From Raja brachyura (taxonomy: Eukaryota): DNA of 64,000 bases. Within the stretch, counting starts at the first letter, position 1. Each line of letters starts with the position of its first letter. Below are positions 1 to 13,679 of the stretch, piece by piece. The DNA lies in contig OY740801.1 of the NCBI GenBank assembly GCA_963514005.1, positions 36,828,001 through 36,892,000 on the forward strand, written 5' to 3'. Under the pieces are notes generated by a model. That model ran no database searches, was not told the origin of the DNA, and saw only the letters and a list, made by a program, of their open reading frames with translations. Position numbers and translations under genes: made by a program.

Positions 1-335
1 GTTTTAATTAACTTAATGGTTAGCACCAAGTTCTGGGAGCAGGAAATTGCAGGGGAATGCATTCTGAGTAAACACCAAGACCGTCTCCGGTTCAGCAACA
101 TTGATACAGACTATAGCAAGTGCTGCACCCTGCTGCCTGTGTCTGTGGCCAGACCTTTCATTTGGGCGAGGTTGTTACTACACCATGCTATCAAGCTCTT
201 TGTCTCCTTCCTGTACATCCTGTTGTCTGCAAACTTGTGAATGCGTGGAGAGCACAATTTGGCTGCACAGTTGTGACTATGGAGCATAGGAACAGGATGA
301 GAATGTAGCTTAGTGCCATGGGTGAATCGAGAAAT

Positions 336-3300
336 AGTCAAGAGTGTTTTATTGTCATGTGTCCCAGATAGAACAATGAATATGTAAACGTAGTACACTG
401 TAAACAATATGATAAACGAGAGAGNNNNNNNNNNNNNNNNNNNNNNNNNNNNNNNNNNNNNNNNNNNNNNNNNNNNNNNNNNNNNNNNNNNNNNNNNNNN
501 NNNNNNNNNNNNNNNNNNNNNNNNNNNNNNNNNNNNNNNNNNNNNNNNNNNNNNNNNNNNNNNNNNNNNNNNNNNNNNNNNNTAATAGTCTACAGTAGTT
601 TAGAGCTTATTTGAGGTTATAGTGCTTATAGCCTGATGGCTGTAGGGAAGAAACTGTTCCTGAACCTGGGCGTTATAGTTTTCAGGCTCCTGTACCTTCT
701 TCTGATGGCAATAGTGAAATGAGTGTGTGGCCAGGATGGTGGGTCTCTGATGATGCTGGCTGCATTTTTGAGGCAGTGACTCCGATAAATCCCTTCGATG
801 GTGGGGAGGTCAGAGCCAGTGATAGACTGGTTAGTGTTCAAAACTTTTTGCAGTCTTTTCCACTCCTAAACGTTCCAAGTTACCGTACCTGGCCATGATG
901 CAACCAGTCAATATGCCCTCTAGTAGAAGTTCAAGAGAATCCTCTTTGATATACCGAATCTCCGTAATCTTCTCAGGAAGTAGAGGCGCTGATGTGCTTT
1001 ATTTATAATTGCATCAGTGTGCTGGGTCCAGGAAAGATCTTCGGAAGTATGCACGCCCAGGAATTAGAAGTTTTTTTACTCTCTCCACCATTGTCCTGCT
1101 GATATAAACAGGATTGAGGGTCCCCATCCTTCCTCTTCCAAAGTCCACAATCAGTTCATTGTTTTTAGTGATATTGAGAGCCAGGTTGTTGTGCTGGCAT
1201 CATTTGGTCAATCGGTCAATCTCACCTAAACTCTTCGCCATCTGTAATTCACCAACAACGGTGGTGTCGTCAGCGAACTTGAAGGTGCAGTTTGCACTAT
1301 GTCCGGCGACATAATTATGGGCATAGAGTGGGTAGAGCATGGGGCTGAGCACACAGCCTTGAGGTGCTCCCGTACTGATTGTTAATGAAGAAGACGTATT
1401 TCTGCCAATTCGAACAGACTGTGGTCTGTGGATAAGGAAGTCGAGGATCCATTTGCAGATGGATGCGCAGAGACCCAGTTCCAGGAGCTTGGTAACCAGC
1501 TTGGAGGTGATGATGGTATTGAACGCCAGTGAGATCGCATCCTCCGTTGACCTGATGTGACGGTAGGCAAATTGGAGTGGGTCGAGGTTCCTGTTGAGGT
1601 ATGAGTTGATATCCACCATAACCAACCTCTCGAAGCACTTCATCACCACGGATGTTAGTGCTACTGGTCGATAGTCGTTGAGGCACATCATCGTACTCTT
1701 CTTGGGCACCGGTATTATTAATGCCCTCTTAAAGCAGGTGGGAACTTCAGACCTCAGAAGTGAGAGGTTAAAAATATCCGCAAAATCTCCAACCAGTTGG
1801 TCTGCAGAGGTTTGGAGAACTCAACTGGGTATAACATCAGGTCCAGGCGCTTTCCGAGGGTTCACCTCCCTGAAGGATCTTCTGATGTCGACCTCTGTGA
1901 CTGTAATGCCATCAGGGCGCATGGGGGCTCGGGAAGGCACATGAGTATTCTCCCTTTCAAAGCGTGCGTAGAACACATTGAGCACGTCAGGGAGTGATGC
2001 TTCGCTGTCGCTTGAGCTGCCTCCTGGTTTCGCCTTGTAGGAGGTGATGGCATTCAAGCCCTGCCACAGTTGCCGAACATCCGCCCCATCCTCCAGCTTT
2101 GAGCGGAAGTTCCATTTGGCTTTTTTGATGGCCTTGTCAAGGTCATATTTGGACTTCTTATAGACCTCTGCATCACCAGACCTGAATGCCCGGGATCTGG
2201 TCCACGGATGAGTGCAGTCCTTCTGGTTCATCCAAGGTTTCTGGTTAGGAAACACTCTGATGTTTTTTGTAGGAACGCAGTCCTCCACACATTACCTTAT
2301 GAAGTCTGTAACGACTGTGGCATATTCATTCAGGTCTGTTGCCGAGTCCTTGAACATTGCCCAGTCTACTGACACATGCAGTCCTGTAGTTCCTCTCCTT
2401 CCCCAGACCAGCTCTGTGCCGTCCACACCTCTGGGGGTGCTTTCTTCCGTTGCTGCCTGTATGCAGGAAGAAGCAGCACCGCTGAGTGGTCGGATTTCCC
2501 GAAGTGATGGTGAGCGATAGAGCGATATGGATCCTTGATGGTCGTATAGCATTGGTCAAGGGTGTTCTGGTGCTGCAGGCGACATGTTGGTGTAGTTTGG
2601 GAGTGATTTTTTCAGGTTGCCTTTGTCGAAGTCCCCGGCTATGGTGGTAAACGCTTCAGGGTACGCTGTCTGGTGCTTGTTGACCACGGCGTGCAGCTCC
2701 TCCAATGCTAGACGGACGTCTGCCTGGGGTGGGATGTAGACCGCGGACAGGATGATGGAGGTGAATTCCCTCGGGAGGTAGAAGGGGTGGCACCTCACCG
2801 TCAGATGTTCCAGGTGCAGAGAGCAGGAGTTAGACCGAACTGCCGCATCTGAGCACCACGAAGAGGTGACCATGAAGCAGATGCCTTTGCCTCTCCCTTT
2901 CCCAGATGCCTGCGTACGGTCCATAGAATGGATGGGGAACCCTTCAGGCTGGACCGCTGAATCTGGGGAGCTGGGGGTGAGCCAAGTCTCTGAAACAGAA
3001 CACAGAGCATTCCCTCAGCTCCCTTTGGTGAAGCGGCCTTGACCTTAAGTTCTCCACTTTATTTTCCAGTGATTGTACATTGGTTAGAAGGATGGTAGGG
3101 AGAGGGGGTCGTAGACCCCTGCGCTTCAGTCTGACTTGTACTCCTGCCCGTCGGCCACATTTCCGGACACAATGGAGACCTCCCCGGTGCTTCCACGTAC
3201 AGTACTTACTGTTCCTGCGATCGACCACCAGATCAGGGATTCCCCTGCGATCGGGAATTCCCTTACAGCGGCAGCTCCGTTGCTGCCTGCAGATCGCAAT

Positions 3301-3480
3301 TGTATTAATGCGTTTAAATGCATTAACAGCTTAATTTAATACAGTGTTTAAATTCATTAGCAGCTTGTCAGTTGCATCGCTGATTTCTGCTGTTTTGTAC
3401 AGGTAAGCCGAGAACTACTATATTTAATGATTTTCTGCTGTGTTGCTGGCAACATGTCGCCACAGATAGGCGCACCTTGG
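336..3480 (-). mobile_element. Near-full-length degenerate Rex1/Babar-type LINE in a ROGDI intron
   Basis: Minus-strand ORF fragments in order: GRRAGVQVRLKRRGLRPPLPTILLTNVQSLENK (N-terminus), AP-endonuclease (FYLPREFTSIILSAVYIPPQ, AGDF), RT ([35 protein letters not shown]) and C-terminal RFRNSFFPTAIRL. 3' tail near 336. Many frameshifts. Confidence 0.9.
425..582. other. Assembly gap (N run)
   Basis: 158 consecutive n. Confidence 1.
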
Positions 3481-3738
3481 ATTTATAGGAAATAGGAAAC
3501 ACTGATTTAATATACAAGGGTCTATCATTTGACACAGCACGAGATTTTACATTATTTATTATCCATGTATATTTGCATCACTTCTGTTATCTGAGCTTAC
3601 AAATATTTCTTCTTACTTGTCGGTTTAGTTGTTCTTCAAGAACATGAGCAATAAATTGGAGAAAGGATTTACGATGTATGAAATTTGTGAAGGTCTTTCT
3701 TGTGATGTCTTCTCATTAGTTTTGTTTTGACCTTTTAG

Positions 3739-3788
3739 AACTTCAAACCAGCTGGGAGTTCTGTGCTACACAACCCGGGATCCATGTT
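3739..3788 (+). CDS. ROGDI: ROGDI internal coding exon (NFKPAGSSVLHNPGSM/F)
   Basis: ttttag| acceptor and |gtaagt donor; 50 bp. Peptide resembles human ROGDI NFRPAGGAVLHSPGAMF (from memory). Phase 2 joins the next exon (TT+T = Phe). Confidence 0.92.
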
Positions 3789-4491
3789 GTAAGTGCTTTT
3801 CTGAATTTGTTCACAGGTAAAATGGATGCATCATGTCTACTCTGCCTGGAGCATTAGTTTGTTTTGGCAGGAAATATCTAATAACAAGCAAGATTCGTTC
3901 TCTTCATTTTAAATTGAAGCAAATGACATGCAGAAAAGATGCTATGTATATTCTAAATGGGAAGTGTTTACATTTAATTGACAGGAACAATGGGAACCAG
4001 AGAGAGCTGACTTGTGTATGCAGTTTGTATATGTGTTATATTTAGCACTTGCTTTCCAAGTTTCATTAATTACATTTTGAATGATTTCCATATTAGTTTT
4101 AGTCTGTTTTACAGCGAATACGGAATAGATGTTTGTCATCACTGTTTGGACATCACTAAAATGCATATTGGAAAGATTGGGGGGAAGAACAAAAATACTC
4201 TTAGAAATAGCAGCAGCTCTAAACCTACTGAACGGCAGATTATAGATGATGCATGTTTTAGAAGATGTTTGCTAAAATATTGGATGTGGTTTTACAGACT
4301 TGTGTTTGAGGTGTAACAGGCCTTCACAGAGATCTTATTGCCACAACAAAACAAATTGACTAACTGTAAAAGTCGGAATAATGCCCAGTATAGTTCAGTT
4401 TCACAAAATGCTGGAGTAACTGAGCAGGACAGGAAGCATCTCTGGATAGAAGAAATTAGTGACTTTTCGGATCGAGACCCTTCTTCACTAC

Positions 4492-4995
4492 CAGGGCTGT
4501 GGAGTCGGTACCCAAAACACCCGACTCCGACTCCTTGATTTCTTGTGTATCCGACTCCTAGGTATAATAATTCTAAATCTACTATGATGACATTACACAA
4601 GATAGCATTTCATAAGAAGTATATGAATCATCAGGCTACCTTTTAAACCCATGTCCTTGAGGTTTTGAGTCTAAAGGTTGTAGCTATGCTATTGTGGCTT
4701 TTATATTGTTTATTCTTGAAAAAAACCCAATTCATTATGCTAAAAGAAAAAAATATATATATAGAACTATGACAAAATTAGTAACGTCCTTAAGGACAGA
4801 ATTACTTCTGCCAGGTCCTCTTTCATTGAAGCCCTTAAATCTAATTTAATTATTTTCAGTGCAGAGTCTTGCGTAGTCTTACGATTTACATAGTCTCTAA
4901 AATTTATGTTATTGGAGTCGGGACTTTTTTACCGACTCCGACTCCAGCAGCACCAAAACTGCTCCGACTCCAACTCCACGACTACGACAGTCCTG
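4492..4995. mobile_element. hAT-superfamily non-autonomous element (MITE)
   Basis: CAGGGCTGT...ACAGTCCTG termini; exact 8-bp TSD TTCACTAC (4484-4491 and 4996-5003); subterminal CCGACTCC repeats at both ends. Confidence 0.9.
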
Positions 4996-5439
4996 TTCAC
5001 TACGGCCTTACTGCAACAAGAGTGCTTCTGATGTTACACTTGAAACTAATTAAATCATACAATATTATCATAGTATGTAGGAACAGGGAATTGTGGATGC
5101 TGGATTACAACAAAAGATGCTGTGTTGGAGTAATTCAACGGATCAGGCAGTAACTCTGGAGAACGTGGATACATGATGGTTCAGCTTGGCCCTTGTTCAG
5201 ACTGATTGTGGTGTGGGGAAGAGGGGAGAAGCTGGAAAATGAGGATCAGGACAAAGTCTACTAGGTGGATACACAAGGGGGAGGGGGGGGGGGGTTGATT
5301 GGCAGATGGTCGGACAATGGCCAGTGATAACAAGACACATTGTATGAGATAAGGACAGAAGAGTTGTGAATTGTGAAATGACTGATTTCATTAACTTTAA
5401 CTCTAACTTCCACTACTTGCTTCTATCAATTTCTCTGTC

Positions 5440-6210
5440 TCCGCTGCATCTACCACCAAAATGAGGCTTTCCATTCTAGGACATCCATGATAACCTATTT
5501 CTTGAGTAAATGTGGTTACCCCCTGCTGTCATAGATGGATCATTCATTCATGTCTCCTCTGTGTCTGGTAGTTCTACTCTTACACCCTTCTCCTCCCAGA
5601 CGGAACAAGGACAGAGATCTCCTGGTCCTCACCTTTCACCCCACTGCCATCCGCATCTAACACATCATTCTCCGACATTTCTGCCACCTCCAACATGGTC
5701 CCACCACCAGTCATATCTTCCATTCTCCACACCTTTCCAGATTGCCCAAATCTTCCTCCGTGTAGGTTAATTGGCTTGGTAAATGTAAAAATTGTCCCTA
5801 GTGTGTGTAGGATAGTGTTAATGTGTGGGGGATCACTGGTCGGCGCGGAACCTGTTTCCGCGCTGTATTTCTAAACTAAACTAGACCAATCCCACTGTTA
5901 TTCTTTTCCACCCAAACCACCCCTTTCCCATGCAGGAGGTGTACCACCTGTCCCTATATTACTTCCGTCACATCCTTCCAGCGACCCCAGCAGTCTTTCC
6001 ATGTGAAGCAGTTGGTTCACATGCATCTCTAACTTCGTCTGCATCTGGTGTTCCTGATGTGGCCTCCTGTACATCAGCGATACCATGCGTAGACTTGGCG
6101 ACCATTTCACTGAACATTTGCGCTTAGCCTATCAAGGCCTCCTGGATCTCCTGGTTGCTGAACATTTCAACTCCTCTACGCAATCCAATCCAACGCTGAC
6201 CTTTCTGGGA
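5440..6210 (+). mobile_element. Degenerate Penelope 3' fragment with a SINE 3' half inserted at about 5750-5885
   Basis: Resembles 46150-46710 (LTFHP region, GIY-YIG remnants); SINE tail gctgtatttctaaactaaa. Confidence 0.7.
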
Positions 6211-6568
6211 AATTGGAGATGGATGTTTCTCTAATGTGGGGATATAAAGCTTCACAACATTTAGTTGTGGATATACTGTAGATCAGTGAGATGAAAGGCA
6301 TTTAGGAGAAAATTATTTTCAAATAATTTTCTTGAATGTATAAATCTTGAATTCCTCAACACTTCGTACTGAACTCATTTGAAATTGGCTGCCATTCCAA
6401 CACTGTATACCGCAGTCAGTACATCAGGGTCAATAGAGAAGCCTTTTGGGTGTCATCTAGTTTTAGTAACCATAGTAATAGTAATGCATACGATTTTTAT
6501 TGGCTAAAAAAAAAAGGCGGTGAGAGCAAGCAATTAATTCAGATTTTTGTTTCACTTTTTCATTGCAG

Positions 6569-6695
6569 TGAGATTAATAACCAGAAATTCGAAGTTAGCC
6601 ATGTACACAAAGTGGAATGTGTGGTTCCCTGGCTGAATGATACGCTTGTTTTCTTTACCATTGCTCTACAGCTTTGTCAGCAACTGAAAGATAAG
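6569..6695 (+). CDS. ROGDI: ROGDI penultimate coding exon ([42 protein letters not shown])
   Basis: ttgcag| acceptor and AAG|gtatc donor; 127 bp. Close match to the ROGDI C-terminal motif [35 protein letters not shown]. Confidence 0.95.
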
Positions 6696-7070
6696 GTATC
6701 ATCTATTTTCCTTAATCTGTAAATTAACCCAAAATGTTTTACTTTGTGCACTTCAGTTATTGCAGATAGAAAATCAGTGATACAAACAGCTTGTTACAGT
6801 AACACATTTGTTATATGACTCTGACTGCAAATACTATCACAATTAAGTTTCAACTGATTGATTCTAGGTTGATACAGATTTATGTCGTTTTTGTCTTTCT
6901 TCAACCCTACTTTTTACCTTCTCCTGTCCTCTTCTACCCTCTGTCATTCACTGTCCAGCAGAGTAAACAACAGGCAAATTACTACTACAGCTAGTCCTAC
7001 TCTTTATTTCACTCTCTGCAATAAATTGCTGGAAGTAATCACTTTGCCAAACAAAGTGTGGAATCCATCA

Positions 7071-7347
7071 GGGTGGCGCAGGGGCAGTGTTGTTACCTAA
7101 CAACGCCAGATACCTGGTTTTGATCCTGACTATGGGTGCTGTCTGTACGGAGTTAGTACGTTCTCCCCATGACCCGAGTAGATTATCAACGGTTTCCTCC
7201 CACAATCGAAAGACGTACAGGTTTGTCGGCTAATTGGCTTGGTATAATTGAATATTTCCCCTAGAGTGTGTAGACTAATGTTAGTGTGAGGGGATCGCTG
7301 GGTGGTGTGGACTCAGTGGGCCGAAGGGCCTGTTCTCTAAACTAAAC
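7071..7347 (+). mobile_element. tRNA-derived SINE (HE1/V-SINE-like) in the last ROGDI intron
   Basis: A-box-like GTGGCGCAG, degenerate B box, V-domain-like core gtttcctcccaca...aaagacgtacagg, CR1-like tail gggccgaagggcctgt...(taaac)n. Confidence 0.85.
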
Positions 7348-7583
7348 ATAAACCTCTTTGCCATTTCATTCTGTTTGAAATTGAGTTTGATTTGAAATGA
7401 AGTCATGCAATAGCCTTAAGATTCAGAGCTGAGGTTTGGACTTAGTTAGAAGTTATGCTGAAATTATAAATGTTCATTCAAGGACAATCTAACATGGTTT
7501 TCCTCGACAAAACTGGCAGATTTAGGAATATGGATTTAAGATTTTACTATTGGGTGATGCAGCATTTGCATTTTTCCTCACAG

Positions 7584-7625
7584 GTCTCCGTTTTTTCCAA
7601 TTACTGGAACTTCAAGCCCTACTGA
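7584..7625 (+). CDS. ROGDI: ROGDI terminal coding exon (VSVFSNYWNFKPY*)
   Basis: tttttcctcacag| acceptor, in frame with the previous exon, TGA stop. Resembles the human end ISVFSSYWSYRPF. Confidence 0.93.
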   Translation, partial: VSVFSNYWNFKPY

Positions 7626-8868
7626 TGCTGATCAACACACTAAATGAAGATCAGTTTGCACTTTGTACTCACTTACTGCTGCAGCTCCTAGTCTGTCTAC
7701 TGTAAATGCTGTGTGTGTGAATTTTTTTAAATCAAATAAGTTACACTTGGTGCACTTTTCCCACCTTCCTTTGCCACGTTTTTAATGAGTTGGATCGCTT
7801 ATGGAGGAAGCCTGGCCTAACGATAATTGGAAATATCCCACGATGGTGACGTTTGAGCCACCAGCAGGCCTTATTTCCCTCAGAGCATTAGGCTTTATGG
7901 CATAGGCTGAAGTTCAACTGAAGAAGGATGGTAACACGCTCATTTAAGTTAAATAATTGGTGTTGAATTTTACAGATTTTGACCATTTTCAAGTTCTGGG
8001 TGAAGGGGAATGAAGAATGGAAAGTTTCCTCAAAGCTCAGTGTTCAACCACTAAAATCAGTCCTTATGAGCTATTTACTAGGAAGCTATAAGAACAAAAA
8101 CTATACATTATACCTCTTTTGGGTCAGACTTATCTTTTTGAGACTTTGCTTGTGTCTTCATCAAGATAAAATGGATAGTTAATAATGTAGATTAATTGTA
8201 AACACATCATGCTTACTCTACAATGTGTGTATTACATTTCCATGATATTGTGTTAGCCTTGCGTTTGTGCTGGCCATAAATTAATCAGATCCTGAAGTTA
8301 CTGTTGCACCAGAATTGAGATTCTTCCTGTAATCTGGGGTGTGCACATTAAAGGTTTAGCGATTTTGATGGACCAAAAAATAGAACCATCATTACAATGA
8401 AAATAGACTTCAGGGTTGTGCAATGCTAGGTGAAATGAGGTAGTTCATGGATTAATATGCAATGTAACAAAAGTGGGAGCTTTTCATGCAGTCAAGCAGT
8501 TAATAAGAATTAAGTTCACTTGTGTTGTGTATGTAATTTATATGGAGTCTTGCAGACATGAACATTTTAACCACTGGAAATACTGGATTTTAAATAGCCT
8601 AGCAAATGTAAATGTTTCATTTTGAACACTAATTTAACAAAGAACAGTATAACTACATTTATTATATATTCCAAAAAAGAGACCTCTTTGCTGGAAGTGT
8701 AGGCTGTTCTATGAAGTCAGCAGGCATTGATTCATGCCTGTGGTAAGTAACGTACGCACAAGGAACAAACTGAGAAAGTTCCCTAATGCTGGTCATAAAT
8801 GAGATGTATTTATGTATTTCAACTGAATAATTTTCTTTAGATAAAGGCGGTGTGTCTGAATTACCATT

Positions 8869-8874
8869 AATAAA
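8869..8874 (+). terminator. Candidate ROGDI poly(A) signal (proximal)
   Basis: AATAAA followed by T/GT-rich sequence after about 1.2 kb of unique AT-rich putative 3'UTR. Confidence 0.35.
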
Positions 8875-9351
8875 CATTCATATTTCTGTTTGCACTGGAT
8901 TTAGATGTTTGGCCTTCTTATGCGAGACAATTAGATTTTTCTATTGCAAAAACAAACTGCTGGAGGAGCTCAGCTGGTTGAGCAGCGTTTGATGGGAGGG
9001 AAAGGAGCCAAACCCCTTCATAAGGGCTAAAAATTGGGAACAATAATCTTTCCTCTCCACTCTTGGTCCTGACAGTTGTTTGTGTTCCAAATAGACTTTG
9101 ATCTTTCCAGTAACGATTGCATTTTTTCAGTGTAATAATTACAGGAAGGACTCTGTTAAAAAAAATTACAAACATATTATTCAAACTGTACTGTGATCAT
9201 TTTCAGTTCCAGCAATGGTTAGATTGAGCATTGTTCAAATTGTCTATGCTTTTAACTAAATAAGGTGGTACTCTCCAAACCACTTTTCTGTTCTCTTAAT
9301 TGTTGAATGAGTTCCATGATATTCAGACTTGCATTGCTTGTGTAGTTGTTA

Positions 9352-11001
9352 CAGTGCCCTGCATTATGTTTGGGACAAAGACCCATCATTTATTTATTTG
9401 CCTCTGTACTCCACAATTTGACATTTGTAATAGAAAAAATCACATGTGGTTAAAGTGCACATTGTCAGATTTTATGAAAGGGCCATTTTAATACATTTTG
9501 CTTTTGCCATGTAGAAATGACACTGTGGTTATACATAGCCCCCCCCCCCCCCCACATTTCAAGGTACCATAATATTTAGCTTCACATGTGTTTGTAATTG
9601 CTCAGGTGTGTTTAATTGCCTCCTTAATGCAGGTATAAGAGCTCTCAGCACCTAGTCTTTCCTCTAGTCTTTCCTTCGCGTTTGGAAACTTGTATTGCTG
9701 TTCATCAACATGAGGACCAAAGTTGTGCCAATGAAAGTCAAAGAAGCCATGATGAGACTGAGAAGCAAGAATAAAACTGTTAGAGACATCAGCCAAACCT
9801 TAGGCTTACCAAAATCAACTATTTGGAACATCATTAAGGAGAAAGAGAGCACTGATGAGCTTACTAATCACAAAGGGACTGGCAGGCCAAGGAAGACCTC
9901 CACAGCTGATGACAGAAGAATTCTCTCTATAATAAAGAAAAATCCCCAAACACCCGTCTGACAGATCAGAAACACTCTTCAGGAGTCCGGTGTGGATATG
10001 TCAATGACCACTGTCCGCAGAAGACTTCATGAACAGAAATACAGAGGCTACACTGCAAGATGCAAACCACTGGTTAGCCGCAAAAATAGGATGGCCAGGT
10101 TACAGTTTGCCAAGAAGTACTTAAAAGAGCAACCACAATTCTGGACTTGTGGACCAATGAGATGAAGATTAACTTATATCAGAGTGATGGCAAGAGCAAA
10201 GTATGGAGGAGAGAAGGAACTGCCCAAGATCCAAAGCATACCACCTCATCTGTGAAACTCGGTGGTGGGGGTGTTATGGCCTGGGCATGTATGGCTGCTG
10301 AAGGTACTGGCTCACTTATCTTCATTGATGATACAACTGCTGATGGTAGTAGCATAATGAATTCTGAAGTGTATAGACACATCCTATTTGCTCAAGTTCA
10401 AACAAATGTCTCAAAACCCATTGGCCGGCGGTTCATTCTACTGCAAGACAATGATCCCAAACATACTGCTAAAGCAACAAAGGAGTTTTTCAAAGCTAAA
10501 AATGGTCAATTCTTGAGTGGCCAAGTCAATCATCCGATCTGAACCCAATTGAACATGCCGTTTATATGCTGAACAGAAAACTGAAGGGGACTAGCCCCGA
10601 AAACAAGCATTAGCTAAAGATGGCTGCAATACAGGCCTGGCAGAGCATCACCAGAGAAGATACCCAGCAACTGGTGATGTCCATAAATCACAGACTTCAA
10701 GCAGTCATTGCATGCAAAGGATATGCAACAAAATACTAAACATGACTACTTTCATTTACATGACATTGCTGTGCCCCAAACATTTTGATGTCCTGAAATG
10801 GGGGGGACTATGTATAAACACTGCTGTAATTTCTACATGGTGAAGCCAAAATGTACAAAAATGGCCTTTATTAAAATCTGTCAATGTGCACTTTAACCAC
10901 TTGTGATTTTTTATTTTCTCTAATACAAATCTCAAATTGTGGAAGGCAGAGACAAATAAATAAATGACGGGTCTTTGTCCCAAACATTATGGAGGGCACT
11001 G
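9352..11001 (+). mobile_element. Full-length Tc1-family DNA transposon (IR/DR type) with inactivated transposase
   Basis: TA|CAGTGCCCT...AGGGCACTG|TA, TIRs of about 230 bp with internal DRs, 1650 bp total. Confidence 0.95.
9710..10739 (+). pseudogene. Tc1 DD34E transposase pseudogene
   Basis: HTH plus GRPRK, W(T)NEMKI (first D mutated), QDNDPKH, WPSQSSDLNPIE, C-terminal KGYATKY*; internal stops and frameshifts. Confidence 0.92.
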
Positions 11002-11149
11002 TAAATGCCTCTTAAAGATTTGAGCATTCTTTAATGAATAGAAACAAGTTTAGAGCCTTGAAATACAAAAAAATGCAGGAAACACTTCAGATAGACACAA
11101 AATGCTGGTGTAATTCAGCGGGTCGGGCAGCATCTCCAGAAAAAAGGAA

Positions 11150-11187
11150 TGGGCGACGTTTCGGGTTGAGACCCTTCTTCAGACCCA
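11150..11187 (-). ncRNA. Minimal type I hammerhead ribozyme motif in a Penelope pLTR fragment
   Basis: Minus strand reads UGGGU-CUGAAGA-A-GGGU(CUCA)ACCC-GAAAC-GUC-GCCCA: complete catalytic core, stem I UGGGU/GCCCA, stem II present. Confidence 0.7.
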
Positions 11188-12147
11188 CTCAACATGTCAG
11201 GCTGCATTTGTAGAAAGTACAAAACGGGGTTAACAATTCAAGAATGAGAACCTAACAACTGTTGACTCTTCTTCCTCCTTCCAGAGATGGTGCCCATCCA
11301 GCATTTTCTGGTTTATTTCAGATTTTCAGTAACTGCAATTCCTTTGACATTTATTGCAGAGCACTGTACTACTTTCATTGCTCCTGTATTTAGTAGATGT
11401 GTACACAGGATGGTATAGAGCATCTTCAACAGCTGATTCCTGATTTTACACATGGTCTTCAGAGTAACGGACTCTAATGCTTTTCCTGTTTAAATGAAAC
11501 GGCTTTCAATAGATCATAGTTCATTGCAAATAGCTGCCCTTTTGCTGCTTGTTGCCTTTACCTCTGTAGGTTCAGCATGCAGCTTGCAGTTTATTTGTGG
11601 GAAGATGTTACGCATCACTTCCTTGCCTGGTTTGCTGATGCCAAGCTAGATTTCTATCCTAAAAAGAATTAAACTGCAGCGTAAGTAGATCAAATACATG
11701 GATTCCTTATTTAAGGCATTCTCCTGATATATTGTTACACGTGAAACTGCACATTGTCAGACATTTTGAAGTTATTGGCAGAGACAATTAGATAGATCTG
11801 ATTTATTTCAAACTGAAGTAAAGCAGAATGGATAAGCTTGTAAAAAAATGTGATGTCTTCCAGTATCATGTAATATGAATGTAACTTAAATGTAGCTGTT
11901 CTGTTAATGTTCATGTGATCCAGCTTGAAAGAGAACATTTTGAAACTGCTACATATGTAAAAATGCCTACTATGTTCTGTTGTGCGAAGCAAACAAAGAA
12001 TTCCATTGTCCTGTCAGGGACACATGACAATAAACTCTTTTGACTTGACTTTGAAAATGAGACTGGGATCAATCATACATTGCATCGATTGTTAAATTGT
12101 TCAGAATATTGTGTGGACCACGCTAAAAACATTCGTAATGTATCTGC

Positions 12148-12153
12148 AATAAA
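12148..12153 (+). terminator. Candidate distal ROGDI poly(A) signal
   Basis: AATAAA with downstream GT/T-rich tract (tctgagttttctggtactgtttaatttcttt). Confidence 0.35.
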
Positions 12154-12944
12154 GTATAGCGTTCAAAGAATCTGAGTTTTCTGGTACTGTTTAATTTCTT
12201 TACGCATGCCAACAAATTAATGGCAGAATATAATTATCAATGATCCCTTTTCAGCAGCCTTCAAAGAAGGATGGAATGAATGGGAACCATACAAGAATTG
12301 CTAAAGTTGCAATCGTGAAAATGGTGTATACAATTATTTAGAAGTGGGTGAGTGAGGAATGTGTTGATAGGATTACAGCATGGAATTTTTGGTGTTCAAA
12401 ACTACAACTGACACTTTGGTTTGGAATAATGACCTTTTTGTAATATTCAAAGATGATTTAAAATGTTGGCCACACATGGTTCTAATTGGACAGCCACTGC
12501 ACCCTTCATTACCATTCATGAATGGCAATTGATCAAAAACAACTCAGCAGATACTATGTTTTCCAACACAGATGTTCTATGTGCATCTGTTTTCAGACAG
12601 TGCACTGTCATCAACCTGTTCTGTACAAGCAAATGACATATGTTCTAAAATGCTTGTCTTCACGGTAGGCTACTAAATGTGTATCTTGAATCAAAGGCCT
12701 GGGTTACCTTTGCCGTAGAGTATATGAAGGGAGAAGCAGCAATATTGAATAAAAGAATTTGCAGCATTCTTCAACACAGAGGTCAGGCAGCTGGAGCCAG
12801 ATATTTCTGCCACTGTTGATCACTGAGATGGAAAAACAAAACAGCTTTGCATTGTCCAGACTGGCATTTTGATGCATCTAGCAAAGGCATAGGTTTCCCC
12901 CAATATTCATTTAAGACCATGTTGGTAGAAGCAGGAATATTTAC

Positions 12945-13520
12945 TTACTGCCTGTTATGTAGGGCAGCAACGAAGGTCCTCCACTCCTGTCTGTTCTGGG
13001 CTACCTCCGGGTAGCTTCTGGACACTACCCCAGGTCAGGTCCATTGTTTTCATTTCCTCCTCTACAGTTTGACGGCAGGTGGTTTTGGTTCTCCCTCCAG
13101 TGTCCAGTGCAGGGCTATTCTTGGGATGCTGTCTGGTTCTCTTCTCAGTATATGGCCAGTCCAGTCCAGCGCCTTCTCATGATGATGGTGTCTTATGTTT
13201 GCTATTTAGAACTTCTACCTTCCTGGCTTCCTTTCGGCTTTCACCATTGACATTCATCCCAGCATCTGTTGATAGCCCTGGAAGTCCATCACGCCCAGTG
13301 GTGTTGATTCCTTCAGTTCCTGTTTCTGTAACATATTTATTTTACGAGACAGGGTTGTTAGCCCTGTGCTCAAGCTCCAACGTGGAGGACCAGTGGATCG
13401 CTCTTCATCTCGCCTCTACCCTTCTACCAGTCCAGGAGTCGAATCTCTCGCTGGAATATCTCTAGGGCTCACTGAGACACACAAGCTCCCCGACCATGAC
13501 AAGGTTGCAATCCAACGGGG
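12945..13520 (-). mobile_element. Internally deleted RTE-clade LINE derivative
   Basis: Minus strand encodes an RTE-like C-terminus (RRWTGLAIY.., RQEWRTFVAAL) fused to an RTE-like 5' segment (ggaggaccagtggatcgctc). Confidence 0.55.
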
Positions 13521-13679
13521 AATGAGAAGTAGGGATGTTTTTTGAATAAACCCCACCAAAAATCAAATTTATATTGTGCTAGATGTTTTTTGTGCATGAA
13601 TCACAAACTTACTTAAAGATAATTGGTACAAAGGGTTTTTGCAAGAGGATTGGAGTTTGGAAATAGTTAAGTATTGTGG

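Noticed and set aside
6450-6722. ORF track 90-aa protein starting MSSSF
   Set aside because: Only 6569-6695 is the ROGDI exon; the rest is intron read-through
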